Assembly: GCA_965214405.1 (NCBI GenBank)
Contig: OZ243956.1
Span: 1,728,001 to 1,792,000, forward strand
Length of the DNA stretch: 64,000 nt
Direction of reading: 5' to 3'
Origin: Trueperaceae bacterium
Lineage (GTDB): Bacteria > Deinococcota > Deinococci > Deinococcales > Trueperaceae
Shown here: one piece after another, positions 19,934-28,562 of the stretch
How positions within the stretch are numbered: position 1 is the stretch's first letter
How the letters are laid out: each line of letters opens with the position of its first letter
Translations under genes and position numbers: made by a program
The notes under the pieces: model-generated
Told to the model about the DNA's origin: nothing
Seen by the model: only the letters and a program-made list of their open reading frames with translations
Databases searched by the model: none

Positions 19934-20863
19934 TCACGTAGATTTCAGAACGCGACCGTCGGCGTACTCGAGCGCCGTCAGCCCCGCGCGTTTGGTGAAG
20001 GCCATCTCGCCCGCGTAGGGTGCGTTAAATGAACCGGAGGTGGGGGCCACATCGTGATAATCGCGCCCGACGGCGACGGTGACGTAACTTAGATCGGGGG
20101 AGCGGTTGTTGGTTGGGTCAAAGGCAAGCGCCACCGTTTTCTCTACAGCCTCCCCTTTTTGATGCAGCAGCACCTCCACCCAGGCGTGTGAGCCGCCCTC
20201 GGCTAGCATATGCCCTGAGACGTAGCGCGCGCCCAAGCCCGCGGCGCGGCACAGGGCGAGCATGATGTGGGCGTAATCTTGACAGAGACCGCGTCCTGTA
20301 GTTAAAGCCTCCGCCGCGTTCGTTTTGACGCCTGTGGACCCGAAGCCGTAGCGCATGGCTTCGTAAACCCAGCGGCTTATACGGGAGGCCAAGTCACGTT
20401 CATCCACCGCCGCCTCTCTAAGCTCTTGCGCCACCTCTCGAATGCGCGCGTCCGCAGTGGTGAGGGGGGTAGGCTCGAGAAAATCCACGCTCAATGAACT
20501 TGAACCGGGCGCGGGCGTGACCGGCGGGTTGGGCTGAACAACCTCGCGCTCGATTTCGCTCACGACCTCGAAAGAAACATCCTTGGGCACGTGAGAGGCG
20601 CGGAACTCGAGCACGCAGTTCCCGAATGGGTCACTCAGCGAATGCACCTCGACCTCCGGCATGACCCGCACGTCGTGACGGCAGAGGAGTTGGTCGCCGT
20701 AGCGGGCGGCGGGCAGCACCACCAGGCGGTGGTGCAGGTCGCGGATGGGGCCGGGGTAGCGGTAGTGAAACCTTTGGTAGACGAGGTAACGCGCCCGCCG
20801 CACCTCGCCCCAGCGCACCGCGCTGTGGTCGAGGAAGGTGAGGGCGGGCGCAAGCGTATTCAC
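19934..20863 (-). CDS. Transglutaminase-like protein
   Basis: GLCQDYAH, ARYVSGH, SHAWVE, FDPTN, GRDYHDV; GTG 20863 overlaps the upstream stop (GTGA). Confidence 0.9.
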   Translation of the reverse strand: MNTLAPALTFLDHSAVRWGEVRRARYLVYQRFHYRYPGPIRDLHHRLVVLPAARYGDQLLCRHDVRVMPEVEVHSLSDPFGNCVLEFRASHVPKDVSFEVVSEIEREVVQPNPPVTPAPGSSSLSVDFLEPTPLTTADARIREVAQELREAAVDERDLASRISRWVYEAMRYGFGSTGVKTNAAEALTTGRGLCQDYAHIMLALCRAAGLGARYVSGHMLAEGGSHAWVEVLLHQKGEAVEKTVALAFDPTNNRSPDLSYVTVAVGRDYHDVAPTSGSFNAPYAGEMAFTKRAGLTALEYADGRVLKST

Positions 20864-21765
20864 CCGCGCACCGTCTCGCTGCTCGTCCGGTTGGGTTCGC
20901 CCTCCACCTTGTCCTGATGAATCTCCGGGAAAGACGGTGGGTGCGGGTCGTCTAAGGTATTGGCCTCGTCCACTTCGTCCGCCCAGACTTCCAAACGCGT
21001 GAGCTTCGTTGTCCCGTAGGACGTCGCAAAAGCGGCGTCCACCGCGTCGCGGCCGTAGGCGATGAGCGCGCGGCCGGTGCGCGGCTCGTTGTGGCGCGCG
21101 TCGAAGGTGCGCCAGTCGCCGTCTAAAAAGGCCTCGAACCAGGCGTGAAAGTCCATTGCAATGGGCGGCGGGGTGATGCCGATGTCGGGCAGATAGCCGC
21201 AGACGTAGCGCGCGGGGATGTTCAGCGCGCGGCAAAAGGCGACGCCAAGGTGCGCGAAGTCGCGGCAGACGCCGCGCTGGTCACGGTAGGCCTCGAAACT
21301 TGATGTGGCCGAGGTGCTGCCCGCCTCGTAGCGGATGTTCTCATGGAGCCAGTCGCAAATCGCCTGCACCTGCGCCCAACCGGGTGAGACGTCGCCAAAC
21401 TTGTCCCAGGCATCCTGAATAAACAAATCCGTCTGACAGTAGCGGCTCGGGAGGGTGTAAATAATGGTGTCGTCGGGCAAGTCTTGCACAAGCGCCTTTT
21501 TGAGCCCCGGCAGCACCGGGTCGGGCTCGGACGGCACCTCGGCGATGGCGTCGTAGACGAGGCGCAGCTTGCCCGCAGGGGCATTCAGACGCCAGACGCG
21601 GTTGCCGAAGCTGTCAATATACTCGCGCAGCGGGATGTCGGGCTCGACAAAACGCCGCTCGGTGATGAGGTTATGGTAACGCCCCTCGCGGAGTCCCACA
21701 ATGGTCATGATAGGCGCTCCGTAGGGCACCTCGTAGTGAAGTTCGCAACCAACTCGTACGCGCAT
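20860..21765 (-). CDS. Transglutaminase-like protein (PSRYC/CRDFAH subtype)
   Basis: LPSRYC, GVCRDFAH, MDFHAWFE, FDAR, GRDAVD. Confidence 0.92.
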   Translation of the reverse strand: MRVRVGCELHYEVPYGAPIMTIVGLREGRYHNLITERRFVEPDIPLREYIDSFGNRVWRLNAPAGKLRLVYDAIAEVPSEPDPVLPGLKKALVQDLPDDTIIYTLPSRYCQTDLFIQDAWDKFGDVSPGWAQVQAICDWLHENIRYEAGSTSATSSFEAYRDQRGVCRDFAHLGVAFCRALNIPARYVCGYLPDIGITPPPIAMDFHAWFEAFLDGDWRTFDARHNEPRTGRALIAYGRDAVDAAFATSYGTTKLTRLEVWADEVDEANTLDDPHPPSFPEIHQDKVEGEPNRTSSETVRG

Positions 21766-21773
21766 GGTTCCCC

Positions 21774-22874
21774 CTAAATCTGCGTTTGTTCTTGAAATTG
21801 ATGTGACGACTCGCTCGAGCCCGACTGACTTTGGTTCTGTGACTGTGACTGATTACCAGGAGATGTTTGACTCTGTGACTGACTTTGTGATTGACCCGGC
21901 GATTGGGTTCTGATGGGCGCTTTTTCAAAGTAGGCCGCGCTGATTGCGCCCGAGAGCGTCGCCAGTTCGCCTAAGAGGTCTTCTAAACTCGGCTTCTCCT
22001 TGTCGATAATCTGCGCCGCGTCGGGCATGAACTCGAGCTGCGCCGCGAGCCAACCCGCCTGTCGCCTCGGCTCCATCCCCGTGCCGGGGTTGAGCGCGGC
22101 GATGTTCTCTAACGTTTCAAAAAGCATCTGAACGCTAAACCTTAATGAGCGCGGGAAGTCAGCGTCGAGGAGCAAAAACGAGGCGATGAGGCCGGGCTCC
22201 AAGGCGCTGTGATAGCACTTGCGAAACGCCTCGTAAGCGCTTACCGAACGGAGCAGGGCCATCCCCCGGTGCGTTTCGATGCCGCGCACCACCGGCTCTT
22301 GCCCGCGGTACTGGCGGTAGCGCACCATGAGGATGCGCAGCACGTTGTCCGCGCGCTCGATGTACTGGCCCGCCGTCAGGAAGTACCAGCCCAAGCTCCG
22401 GGGCAGCGTCGCGGAAGCGATGCCGAAAAAGAGGTGCGACGCCTCGCGCGCGCTCACGCAGTAGTCGTGAAGCGTGCCGTCGCCAAACGACGTTTCGTGA
22501 CCGTCGCAGAGCGTCAGATAAGCGCGGTTGACCGACTCCCACATCTCCACCGAGATGCGGTCGCGCAGCGTGCGGGCGTTGTCGCGGGCGCGTTGGAGGC
22601 TCGAGCGGATGCTGCTCGGGTTGTCGGGATGAACCGCCAGCCATTCGGGGACGCTCGAGGCGTCCGCCCGCTCATAGTGGCGGCGAAAGCCCTCCTCGTC
22701 CCCGGTGATGCTTAGGAGGGGTGCCCACTGCTCGGAAACGAGCGCCCGCGCCCCCGGCACCAGCGGCGCTTCGATGAGCGCGTGATAGTTCACATCCAAA
22801 AGCCGCGCGGTATTTTCCGCGCGCTCGACGTAGCGGCCCATCCAGTAGAGGTTTTCGGCCAAACGGCTCAGCAT
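21774..22874 (-). CDS. Alpha-E domain protein (DUF403) with Gln/Ser-rich tail
   Basis: MLSRLAENLYWMGRYVERAENTAR, second ERA motif (YIERAD), FPRS; TGATG overlap with the ATP-grasp gene. Confidence 0.93.
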   Translation of the reverse strand: MLSRLAENLYWMGRYVERAENTARLLDVNYHALIEAPLVPGARALVSEQWAPLLSITGDEEGFRRHYERADASSVPEWLAVHPDNPSSIRSSLQRARDNARTLRDRISVEMWESVNRAYLTLCDGHETSFGDGTLHDYCVSAREASHLFFGIASATLPRSLGWYFLTAGQYIERADNVLRILMVRYRQYRGQEPVVRGIETHRGMALLRSVSAYEAFRKCYHSALEPGLIASFLLLDADFPRSLRFSVQMLFETLENIAALNPGTGMEPRRQAGWLAAQLEFMPDAAQIIDKEKPSLEDLLGELATLSGAISAAYFEKAPIRTQSPGQSQSQSQSQTSPGNQSQSQNQSQSGSSESSHQFQEQTQI

Positions 22875-24331
22875 CAGTCCACGTCGCTCTCGTCGGCCAA
22901 GACCCAAGTGTCCTTCGAGCCGCCCCCCTGCGACGAGTTGACCACCAGCGAGCCGCGTTTCAAAGCCACCCTTGTTAAGCCGCCCGGCACGAGCGTGATG
23001 TCTTCGCCTACCAAAAGGTAAGGCCGCAGGTCAATATGGCAGGGCTCGAAGCGGCCCGTGTCGGGGTAGTAGGTCGGGTGGCGCGAAATCTTGACGACGG
23101 GCTGGGCGATGTAATTCGCTGGGTTCGCTCTTACCTTGGTCAAAAAGGCGGCGATGGTCTCGTCGTCCGCCTCGGGGCCGATGAGCATTCCGTAGCCGCC
23201 CGCGGAGCCGACCTCTTTGATGACGAGGGAGGGGGCGTGCTCGAGCATCATCTCCAAGCCCTCAGGCACCGAACCCAGATAAGTAGGCACGTTGGGCAAA
23301 ATCGGGTCCTCATTCAAATAGTACCGAATCATCTCGGGCACGAACGCGTAGACCGCCTTGTCGTCCGCCACCCCCGTGCCGATGGCGTTGGCGAGCGCCA
23401 CGCGCCCCGCGCGGTAGACCTCGACGAGGCCCGGCACCCCCAGCGACGAATCTTTGCGAAACACCTGCGGGTCCAAAAAGTCATCGTCGATGCGGCGGTA
23501 AATCACGTCCACCTGCTGCCGCCCCCGTGTGGTGCGCATCCAGACGCGCCCGTCGTCCACGTAGAGGTCGCGGCCCTCGACGAGTTCAACCCCCATCTGC
23601 TGCGCCAAAAAGGCGTGCTCAAAGTAAGCGCTGTTGTAGGGGCCGGGCGTTAAGACGACGATGGTGGGGCTCTTATCGCGCGGCGAGAGACTGCGTAAAC
23701 ATTCCAGTAATGCTGTGCTGTAGTGCCGGATGGGCCTCACGCGCCCCCTCGCCATGAGCTGCGGGAAAGAGAGCGTCATCGCGTTGCGGTTGGCGAGCAT
23801 GTACGACACGCCGCTCGGCACGCGCAGGTTGTCCTCCAGCACGCGGTAGCCCGTCTCGTCGCGCACCAGGTCACAGCCGACGACGTGGGTGTACGCGCCG
23901 TGGGGCGGGTCCACGCCGCGCATCACGTGGCGGTAGTTCGGGTTGTCGTGAACCAGACGCGCGGGCACGACGCCGTCTTTGAGAATGTTCTCGTCGTGAT
24001 ACACGTCGTACAAAAATAGGTTGAGGGCTTTCACGCGCTGTTTGAGGCCCCGCTCCAAGTGCCGCCACTCGTCCGCCGGAATCACCCTCGGAAAGGGGTC
24101 GAAGGGGAAGGTGCGCTCGGTACCCTTTTCATCGCCATAAACCGTAAAAGTAATGCCCTGATTGCGAAAGGTCAGGTCGATGAGCGAGCGCCGCCGCCCG
24201 AACTCGGTCTCGCCGTAGCCGCCGAAGCCCCCGATGACGTCTTGGTAGTGGGGTCGGCACGTTTTGCCACCCTCGAGCGTTTCCTCAAAGGTTTCGTCCC
24301 AAAAGGTGTCCAGGGGATAGCCGTCAAACAT
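22874..24331 (-). CDS. Circularly permuted type 2 ATP-grasp protein
   Basis: GITF, VLEDNLRVPSGVSY, SAYFEH, YRRIDD, GVADDK, DLRP, VNSSQGGGSKDTW. Confidence 0.95.
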   Translation of the reverse strand: MFDGYPLDTFWDETFEETLEGGKTCRPHYQDVIGGFGGYGETEFGRRRSLIDLTFRNQGITFTVYGDEKGTERTFPFDPFPRVIPADEWRHLERGLKQRVKALNLFLYDVYHDENILKDGVVPARLVHDNPNYRHVMRGVDPPHGAYTHVVGCDLVRDETGYRVLEDNLRVPSGVSYMLANRNAMTLSFPQLMARGRVRPIRHYSTALLECLRSLSPRDKSPTIVVLTPGPYNSAYFEHAFLAQQMGVELVEGRDLYVDDGRVWMRTTRGRQQVDVIYRRIDDDFLDPQVFRKDSSLGVPGLVEVYRAGRVALANAIGTGVADDKAVYAFVPEMIRYYLNEDPILPNVPTYLGSVPEGLEMMLEHAPSLVIKEVGSAGGYGMLIGPEADDETIAAFLTKVRANPANYIAQPVVKISRHPTYYPDTGRFEPCHIDLRPYLLVGEDITLVPGGLTRVALKRGSLVVNSSQGGGSKDTWVLADESDVD

Positions 24332-24495
24332 CGGGGTGCTTTCTAAGGGGGCGCGTGAAACCGTGCATGGGGGAGTTTATCACGAGGCGGTTGTCTAGCC
24401 AGGGGGTGAAACGCGCATCGGTGTAAGGCGTGGGGTGCGCAGGAGGCGGGCTCGAGCCTAACACCTTCACCTCCGCCTCACATCCCACTCGAAAA

Positions 24496-26037
24496 CTACA
24501 GGTAGCGCACCGCCCAACTTCCGGCATTCGCAAGCGCATAAACGATGAGCGCGACGCTGAGCCCGCCCGCAACCCAGTCGATTCTCTTAGAAGTTGGCAG
24601 CCCCTGCCGCACAAACCCCCACAGCAGCCCGCCCACAAGCCCGCCCGCGTGCGCCCAGAGCGACACCCCCGGCAGGAGCGAAAAGAGCGCGATGAGGACG
24701 ATCCACTGCAACAGCGCGCGGGTAAGAAGGCGGTCCTGGGCGTTAGGACTGCGCAGCGTATCCGCCAGCAGCGCCCCGGCCACGCCCAGCACGCCCCCCG
24801 ACGCGCCCACCAACGGCACCCCGCCCGCTGTGGCGATGGTCGTAAAGTAAGCGCCCAAAACCGTCCCCACGACAAATGCGGCGAGCAGGTTTCCCCAATC
24901 GCGCCGCGCCTCGTAAAGCCGCCCGATGTCGAAGAGCACCCAGAGGTTAAAGCCGATGTGGACCAAGTTGCCGTGGACAAAGCCGTAGGAGAGAAAGCGC
25001 CAGGGCGCGTTCGCCTCTGGGATTTGCGGCAGATTGTGAAGAAAGGCGCCGGTGAGCGTCCCACCGCTCCCGCTGTAGCGTCCATCGAGCCAAAGCTGAG
25101 CGCCGTAACAAAGCGCGATGACCGCCATGAGCGCGAACGTCGCCACGCTCCACGACCTCTCGCGGGCGAGGGTCGGGAGAGGCTGACCGTAGTGCGTGAG
25201 CTTTTCTGCCAGGCTTGCCCGCTGACCCTCGGGGGCGACGCGGTAAGCCTGGGCGTAAAGTTTGGCGGCAGCCTCGAGCCGACCCGACCGCTCCGCCGCT
25301 CCGGCGAGGATACTGAGCACCGTGTAGGGCGGCACCCCCGGCAGCGGCTCCTGTAAAAGCATACGCGTTCCTTCAAAGTCTCCCCTGGCGGCAGCCAAAC
25401 GCGCCTTGGTGAGGGTGACGGCGCGGTAACCCAGCGGACCCTGCCCCTGCCTCTCCCAACGCTGCTCCATCACGCTGAGTTCGTGCTCGGCTAGGTTTGT
25501 TTCGCCAAGTTCCGTATACGCTTGCGCCCGCGCGGCGTGAGCCAAGAACGCGTTGTCGCCCGTTTCAGGCGGCGTGAGTTCCAACAGGTCGTGCCAGCGC
25601 CCCTGCTGCGCGTAGGCTTGAGCGCGCAACAGGTCGCTCTCCGCGCGTTCGGGCAGGAGCGTAAGCGCCGCCTCGGCGTCGCCGCGTTGGAGCGCGACCT
25701 GCGCGAGAAGCCGCCTTACGGCCTCGCGGCCTCCCGGTGTCCAATAGAGCGCGTTGGCTAACGCAAACGCCCCGTCATAACGCCGCGCCCTGGCGAGCGC
25801 AATCAGCGCGAGCGGCCCAAAGATATAGAGCGGGACGAGCACGAGCGCAACGGTTACGAGCGCTTCAGGCAGGGCGAACGCGGCAAAAAATGCCCCCGCC
25901 ACGAGCGCGCCGAGCGCGGTGGCGCCCACCGTCTTGAGGGGCAATTCGCTTCCTAGAGGTGCTAGGCGCAACGTCCAGCGGCTCGCGTAAACGCCGGAGA
26001 GCGCGACCACGAGAAGAAAAAGGATCGTCTGGGGCAT
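24496..26037 (-). CDS. Rhomboid intramembrane serine protease with N-terminal TM and TPR-like region
   Basis: HIGFN, GASG and HAGG motifs in the C-terminal half; Ala-rich helical repeats in the middle. Confidence 0.88.
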   Translation of the reverse strand: MPQTILFLLVVALSGVYASRWTLRLAPLGSELPLKTVGATALGALVAGAFFAAFALPEALVTVALVLVPLYIFGPLALIALARARRYDGAFALANALYWTPGGREAVRRLLAQVALQRGDAEAALTLLPERAESDLLRAQAYAQQGRWHDLLELTPPETGDNAFLAHAARAQAYTELGETNLAEHELSVMEQRWERQGQGPLGYRAVTLTKARLAAARGDFEGTRMLLQEPLPGVPPYTVLSILAGAAERSGRLEAAAKLYAQAYRVAPEGQRASLAEKLTHYGQPLPTLARERSWSVATFALMAVIALCYGAQLWLDGRYSGSGGTLTGAFLHNLPQIPEANAPWRFLSYGFVHGNLVHIGFNLWVLFDIGRLYEARRDWGNLLAAFVVGTVLGAYFTTIATAGGVPLVGASGGVLGVAGALLADTLRSPNAQDRLLTRALLQWIVLIALFSLLPGVSLWAHAGGLVGGLLWGFVRQGLPTSKRIDWVAGGLSVALIVYALANAGSWAVRYL

Positions 26038-26165
26038 GTCTAAAGCCTAACGCGAAAAGGGTTGCGTAAAGGACTTTTGGCTTTCTTATCATTCGGGCGC
26101 GGCGCGATTGGGTACAATCAGGGCGTGCGTCTCCTTAGTAGGAGAGAAACGGAGTGGACAAGGCC

Positions 26166-26900
26166 ATGAGCGAACTTCTCTTCGCGCTCTGCTTGGTGAT
26201 TGGTTACTTTTTAGGAACCGTGCCGACGGGGTATCTCGTTGCCAGGGCGCGCGGTGTAGACATTCAGAAGATAGGCTCGGGCAACATCGGCGCGACCAAC
26301 GTGCTCCGCTCCGTCGGCACGCTGCCCGCGCTTATCGTGGTGGTCGCCGACCCGCTAAAGGGCGCACTGGCGGTTTCACTCCCCATCGCGCTTGGGGTGA
26401 GTTCATGGGGCGTGGCCTTGGTGGGTCTGGCGACGGTTTTGGGCAACAACTTCAACATTTTTTTGCACCTCAAGGGCGGCAAGGGCATCGCCACGAGCAT
26501 GGGCGTTTTTCTGGTTCTCGCCCCCGCCGCCACGCTCGCGGCGGTTGCCATCGGGCTTTTTACGATGATTGTGGGCCGCTACGTGTCGCTGGGCTCGCTT
26601 GTCGGCATGGTCAGCGCGCCGCTTTTTCTCATCTCGGGCTCGTGGAGCCCCGCGTCGCTCTTTTTGGCGGTGGCGATGGCGCTCCTCGCGCTCTTTAGGC
26701 ACCGCCAGAACCTCGTCCGGCTGGCGCAGGGGACCGAGCGGCGGCTGGGCGAAAAAGCCGCCGCCAAGACTCTCACCGTCCCGCCCGCTGTTGGCGGGCC
26801 GCATCCTCACGCGTCACGTCCTGATGTAAAGGCTGATGTAAAGGCGTACGCTGAGCCCGGCGGCGCGCCCGATTTAGAGGGCGTCAAGCGCAATGACTAA
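26166..26900 (+). CDS. plsY: Glycerol-3-phosphate acyltransferase PlsY
   Basis: GSGNIGATNVLR, D.LKG, GGKGIAT, HRQN..RL..GTE. Confidence 0.95.
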   Translation: MSELLFALCLVIGYFLGTVPTGYLVARARGVDIQKIGSGNIGATNVLRSVGTLPALIVVVADPLKGALAVSLPIALGVSSWGVALVGLATVLGNNFNIFLHLKGGKGIATSMGVFLVLAPAATLAAVAIGLFTMIVGRYVSLGSLVGMVSAPLFLISGSWSPASLFLAVAMALLALFRHRQNLVRLAQGTERRLGEKAAAKTLTVPPAVGGPHPHASRPDVKADVKAYAEPGGAPDLEGVKRND

Positions 26901-27612
26901 CACTGCGACTAACGCGCCCGGCTTCTCGAGCGGTTTCCTCATAGATTTTCTCGTGGTGAGCCCCCACCCCGACGACGCCGAGTTGGGCATGGGCGGCACG
27001 CTGGCGCGCGCCAAAGCCGAAGGAAAAAGTACCGGCATCATCGACTTGACCCGCGGCGAGGCCGCGACCAAGGGCACGCCCGAGGAGCGCGCGCGCGAGA
27101 CGGTGGCCGCGTCAAAGGTGCTCGGGCTCGACGTTCGCAAAAATTTGGGCTGGCCCGACTCACGCATCATGGACTCCGAGGACCGACGGCTGCAACTCGC
27201 CCGCACGCTGCGCGAACTCAGGCCCCGCGTGGTGGTCGCGCCCCACGGCAACGACCGCCACCCCGACCACGTGGCGAGCGCCGCGATTGTGCCCGCCGCG
27301 GTTCATTTGGCCGGACTCAAAAACAGCCCGCTCTCGGGTGAGCCCTTCAAGCCGCTCAACCTCTTCTTTTATATGGGCAATGGTCCCTTTGAGGCTACGC
27401 TGGTCGTCGATACGAGCGCCACTATCGAAGTCTGGGAGGCGGCGGTGCGCTGCTACAAAAGCCAGTTCACGGGCGAGGCCGCCTCTGAAACCGTCACGCC
27501 CGACGTGTACCGCCGCCGTCGGGGGCGCGCGGCCTACTGGGGCACGTTTGTTGGGGCCGAATATGGCGAGCCTTTGTGGACGCCGCGGCCTGTGGCGTAC
27601 GCGCCTTTCTGA
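26893..27612 (+). CDS. bshB1: Bacillithiol biosynthesis deacetylase BshB1 (PIG-L family)
   Basis: PHPDDAELGMGGT, DLTRGE, GTPEER, RHPDH, YKSQF; overlaps plsY. Confidence 0.85.
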   Translation: MTNTATNAPGFSSGFLIDFLVVSPHPDDAELGMGGTLARAKAEGKSTGIIDLTRGEAATKGTPEERARETVAASKVLGLDVRKNLGWPDSRIMDSEDRRLQLARTLRELRPRVVVAPHGNDRHPDHVASAAIVPAAVHLAGLKNSPLSGEPFKPLNLFFYMGNGPFEATLVVDTSATIEVWEAAVRCYKSQFTGEAASETVTPDVYRRRRGRAAYWGTFVGAEYGEPLWTPRPVAYAPF

Positions 27613-27683
27613 CCCCCTTGACCAGCAACTGCGGCAAGCGGGTTTATGGCAGACACCCTCTAATTTGAGTGAGGAGGTGAAAA

Positions 27684-27938
27684 GTGGCGAGTCGCAACAT
27701 CACACGGTCATTCACCCTGTCACTCCCCGAGGAGACGCTGCAAGAAATCAAGCTTATCGCGGTCAAGCGCAACACCTCGGTGTCCGCGCTGCTTGGTGGG
27801 CTACTCGAGGACCTGGTCGCCAAAGAGACCCGGTACCACCAGGCGCAACAAGAGTTTATGGCGTTAGCAGAAGAGGGTTGCGACCTGGGTACGGACGGCA
27901 AAGTTTTCTGGTCTCGGGATGAACTTCATGAGCGCTAA
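27684..27938 (+). CDS. Ribbon-helix-helix/CopG-like antitoxin, no adjacent toxin
   Basis: TLSLPEETL..IK..A..NTSVSALL and C-terminal WSRDELHER, typical of antitoxins paired with PIN toxins. Confidence 0.75.
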   Translation: MASRNITRSFTLSLPEETLQEIKLIAVKRNTSVSALLGGLLEDLVAKETRYHQAQQEFMALAEEGCDLGTDGKVFWSRDELHER

Positions 27939-28554
27939 CCCTCAATGGCTCGAGTGGGCGCGCCGCCTCCAGGCTCTCGCGCAGAGCGGCCTGCACTTCA
28001 CCAAAGATCCCTTTGACAGAGAACGTTATGAGGAAATCCGCGCGCTCGCCGCGGAGATGATGGCTTCACGCTCGGACGCCAGCGAAGACTTCATCCGCGA
28101 CCTCTTCGCTCAACAAACAGGTTACGCGACGCCCAAGGTGGACGTGCGCGGGGCGGTCTTTCAAGACGACAAGCTTTTGCTCGTGCGCGAGCGGAGTGAC
28201 GGGCGCTGGACGCTGCCCGGTGGTTGGGCGGACGTGAATGAGCCGCCGAGCCTCGCCATTGAACGCGAGATTTTGGAGGAGTTGGGTTACAGCACGCGCG
28301 CAATAAAGCTGTGCATGGTTCTCGACCGTGCCCTTCAGGGTCATGAACCGCCCCGGCCTTTTCACGTCTACAAACTCTTTTTCCATTGCGATATTCTGAG
28401 CCACAAAAAAGCGGAAAATATCGAAACGGACGTGGTGGCTTTTTTTGCCAAGGACGCGCTGCCGGAACTTTCGCTCGAGCGCGTGACCCCTAGAGAAATC
28501 CACAGACTGTTCGAGCATCACCGCCACCCGGACCTGCCTACTGACTTTGACTGA
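27928..28554 (+). CDS. NUDIX hydrolase with Nudix_N domain (YjhB-like)
   Basis: WL.WARRLQALAQSGL..DPFDRERY, GYATPKVDVRG, Nudix box LPGGWADVNE...EREILEELG. Confidence 0.9.
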   Translation: MSANPQWLEWARRLQALAQSGLHFTKDPFDRERYEEIRALAAEMMASRSDASEDFIRDLFAQQTGYATPKVDVRGAVFQDDKLLLVRERSDGRWTLPGGWADVNEPPSLAIEREILEELGYSTRAIKLCMVLDRALQGHEPPRPFHVYKLFFHCDILSHKKAENIETDVVAFFAKDALPELSLERVTPREIHRLFEHHRHPDLPTDFD

Positions 28555-28562
28555 CTCAATCT

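Noticed and set aside
20864..21235. 433-aa version of the second transglutaminase
   Set aside because: The extension overlaps the upstream TGase in another frame; the GTGA-coupled start at 20863 fits better.
24324..25376. Long alternative-frame or antisense ORFs (e.g. 24324..25376, 24430..25356, 31542..32522, 37811..38692, 7896..8771)
   Set aside because: Shadow ORFs expected in high-GC DNA; Arg/Pro-rich, no motifs, and overlapping well-supported genes.
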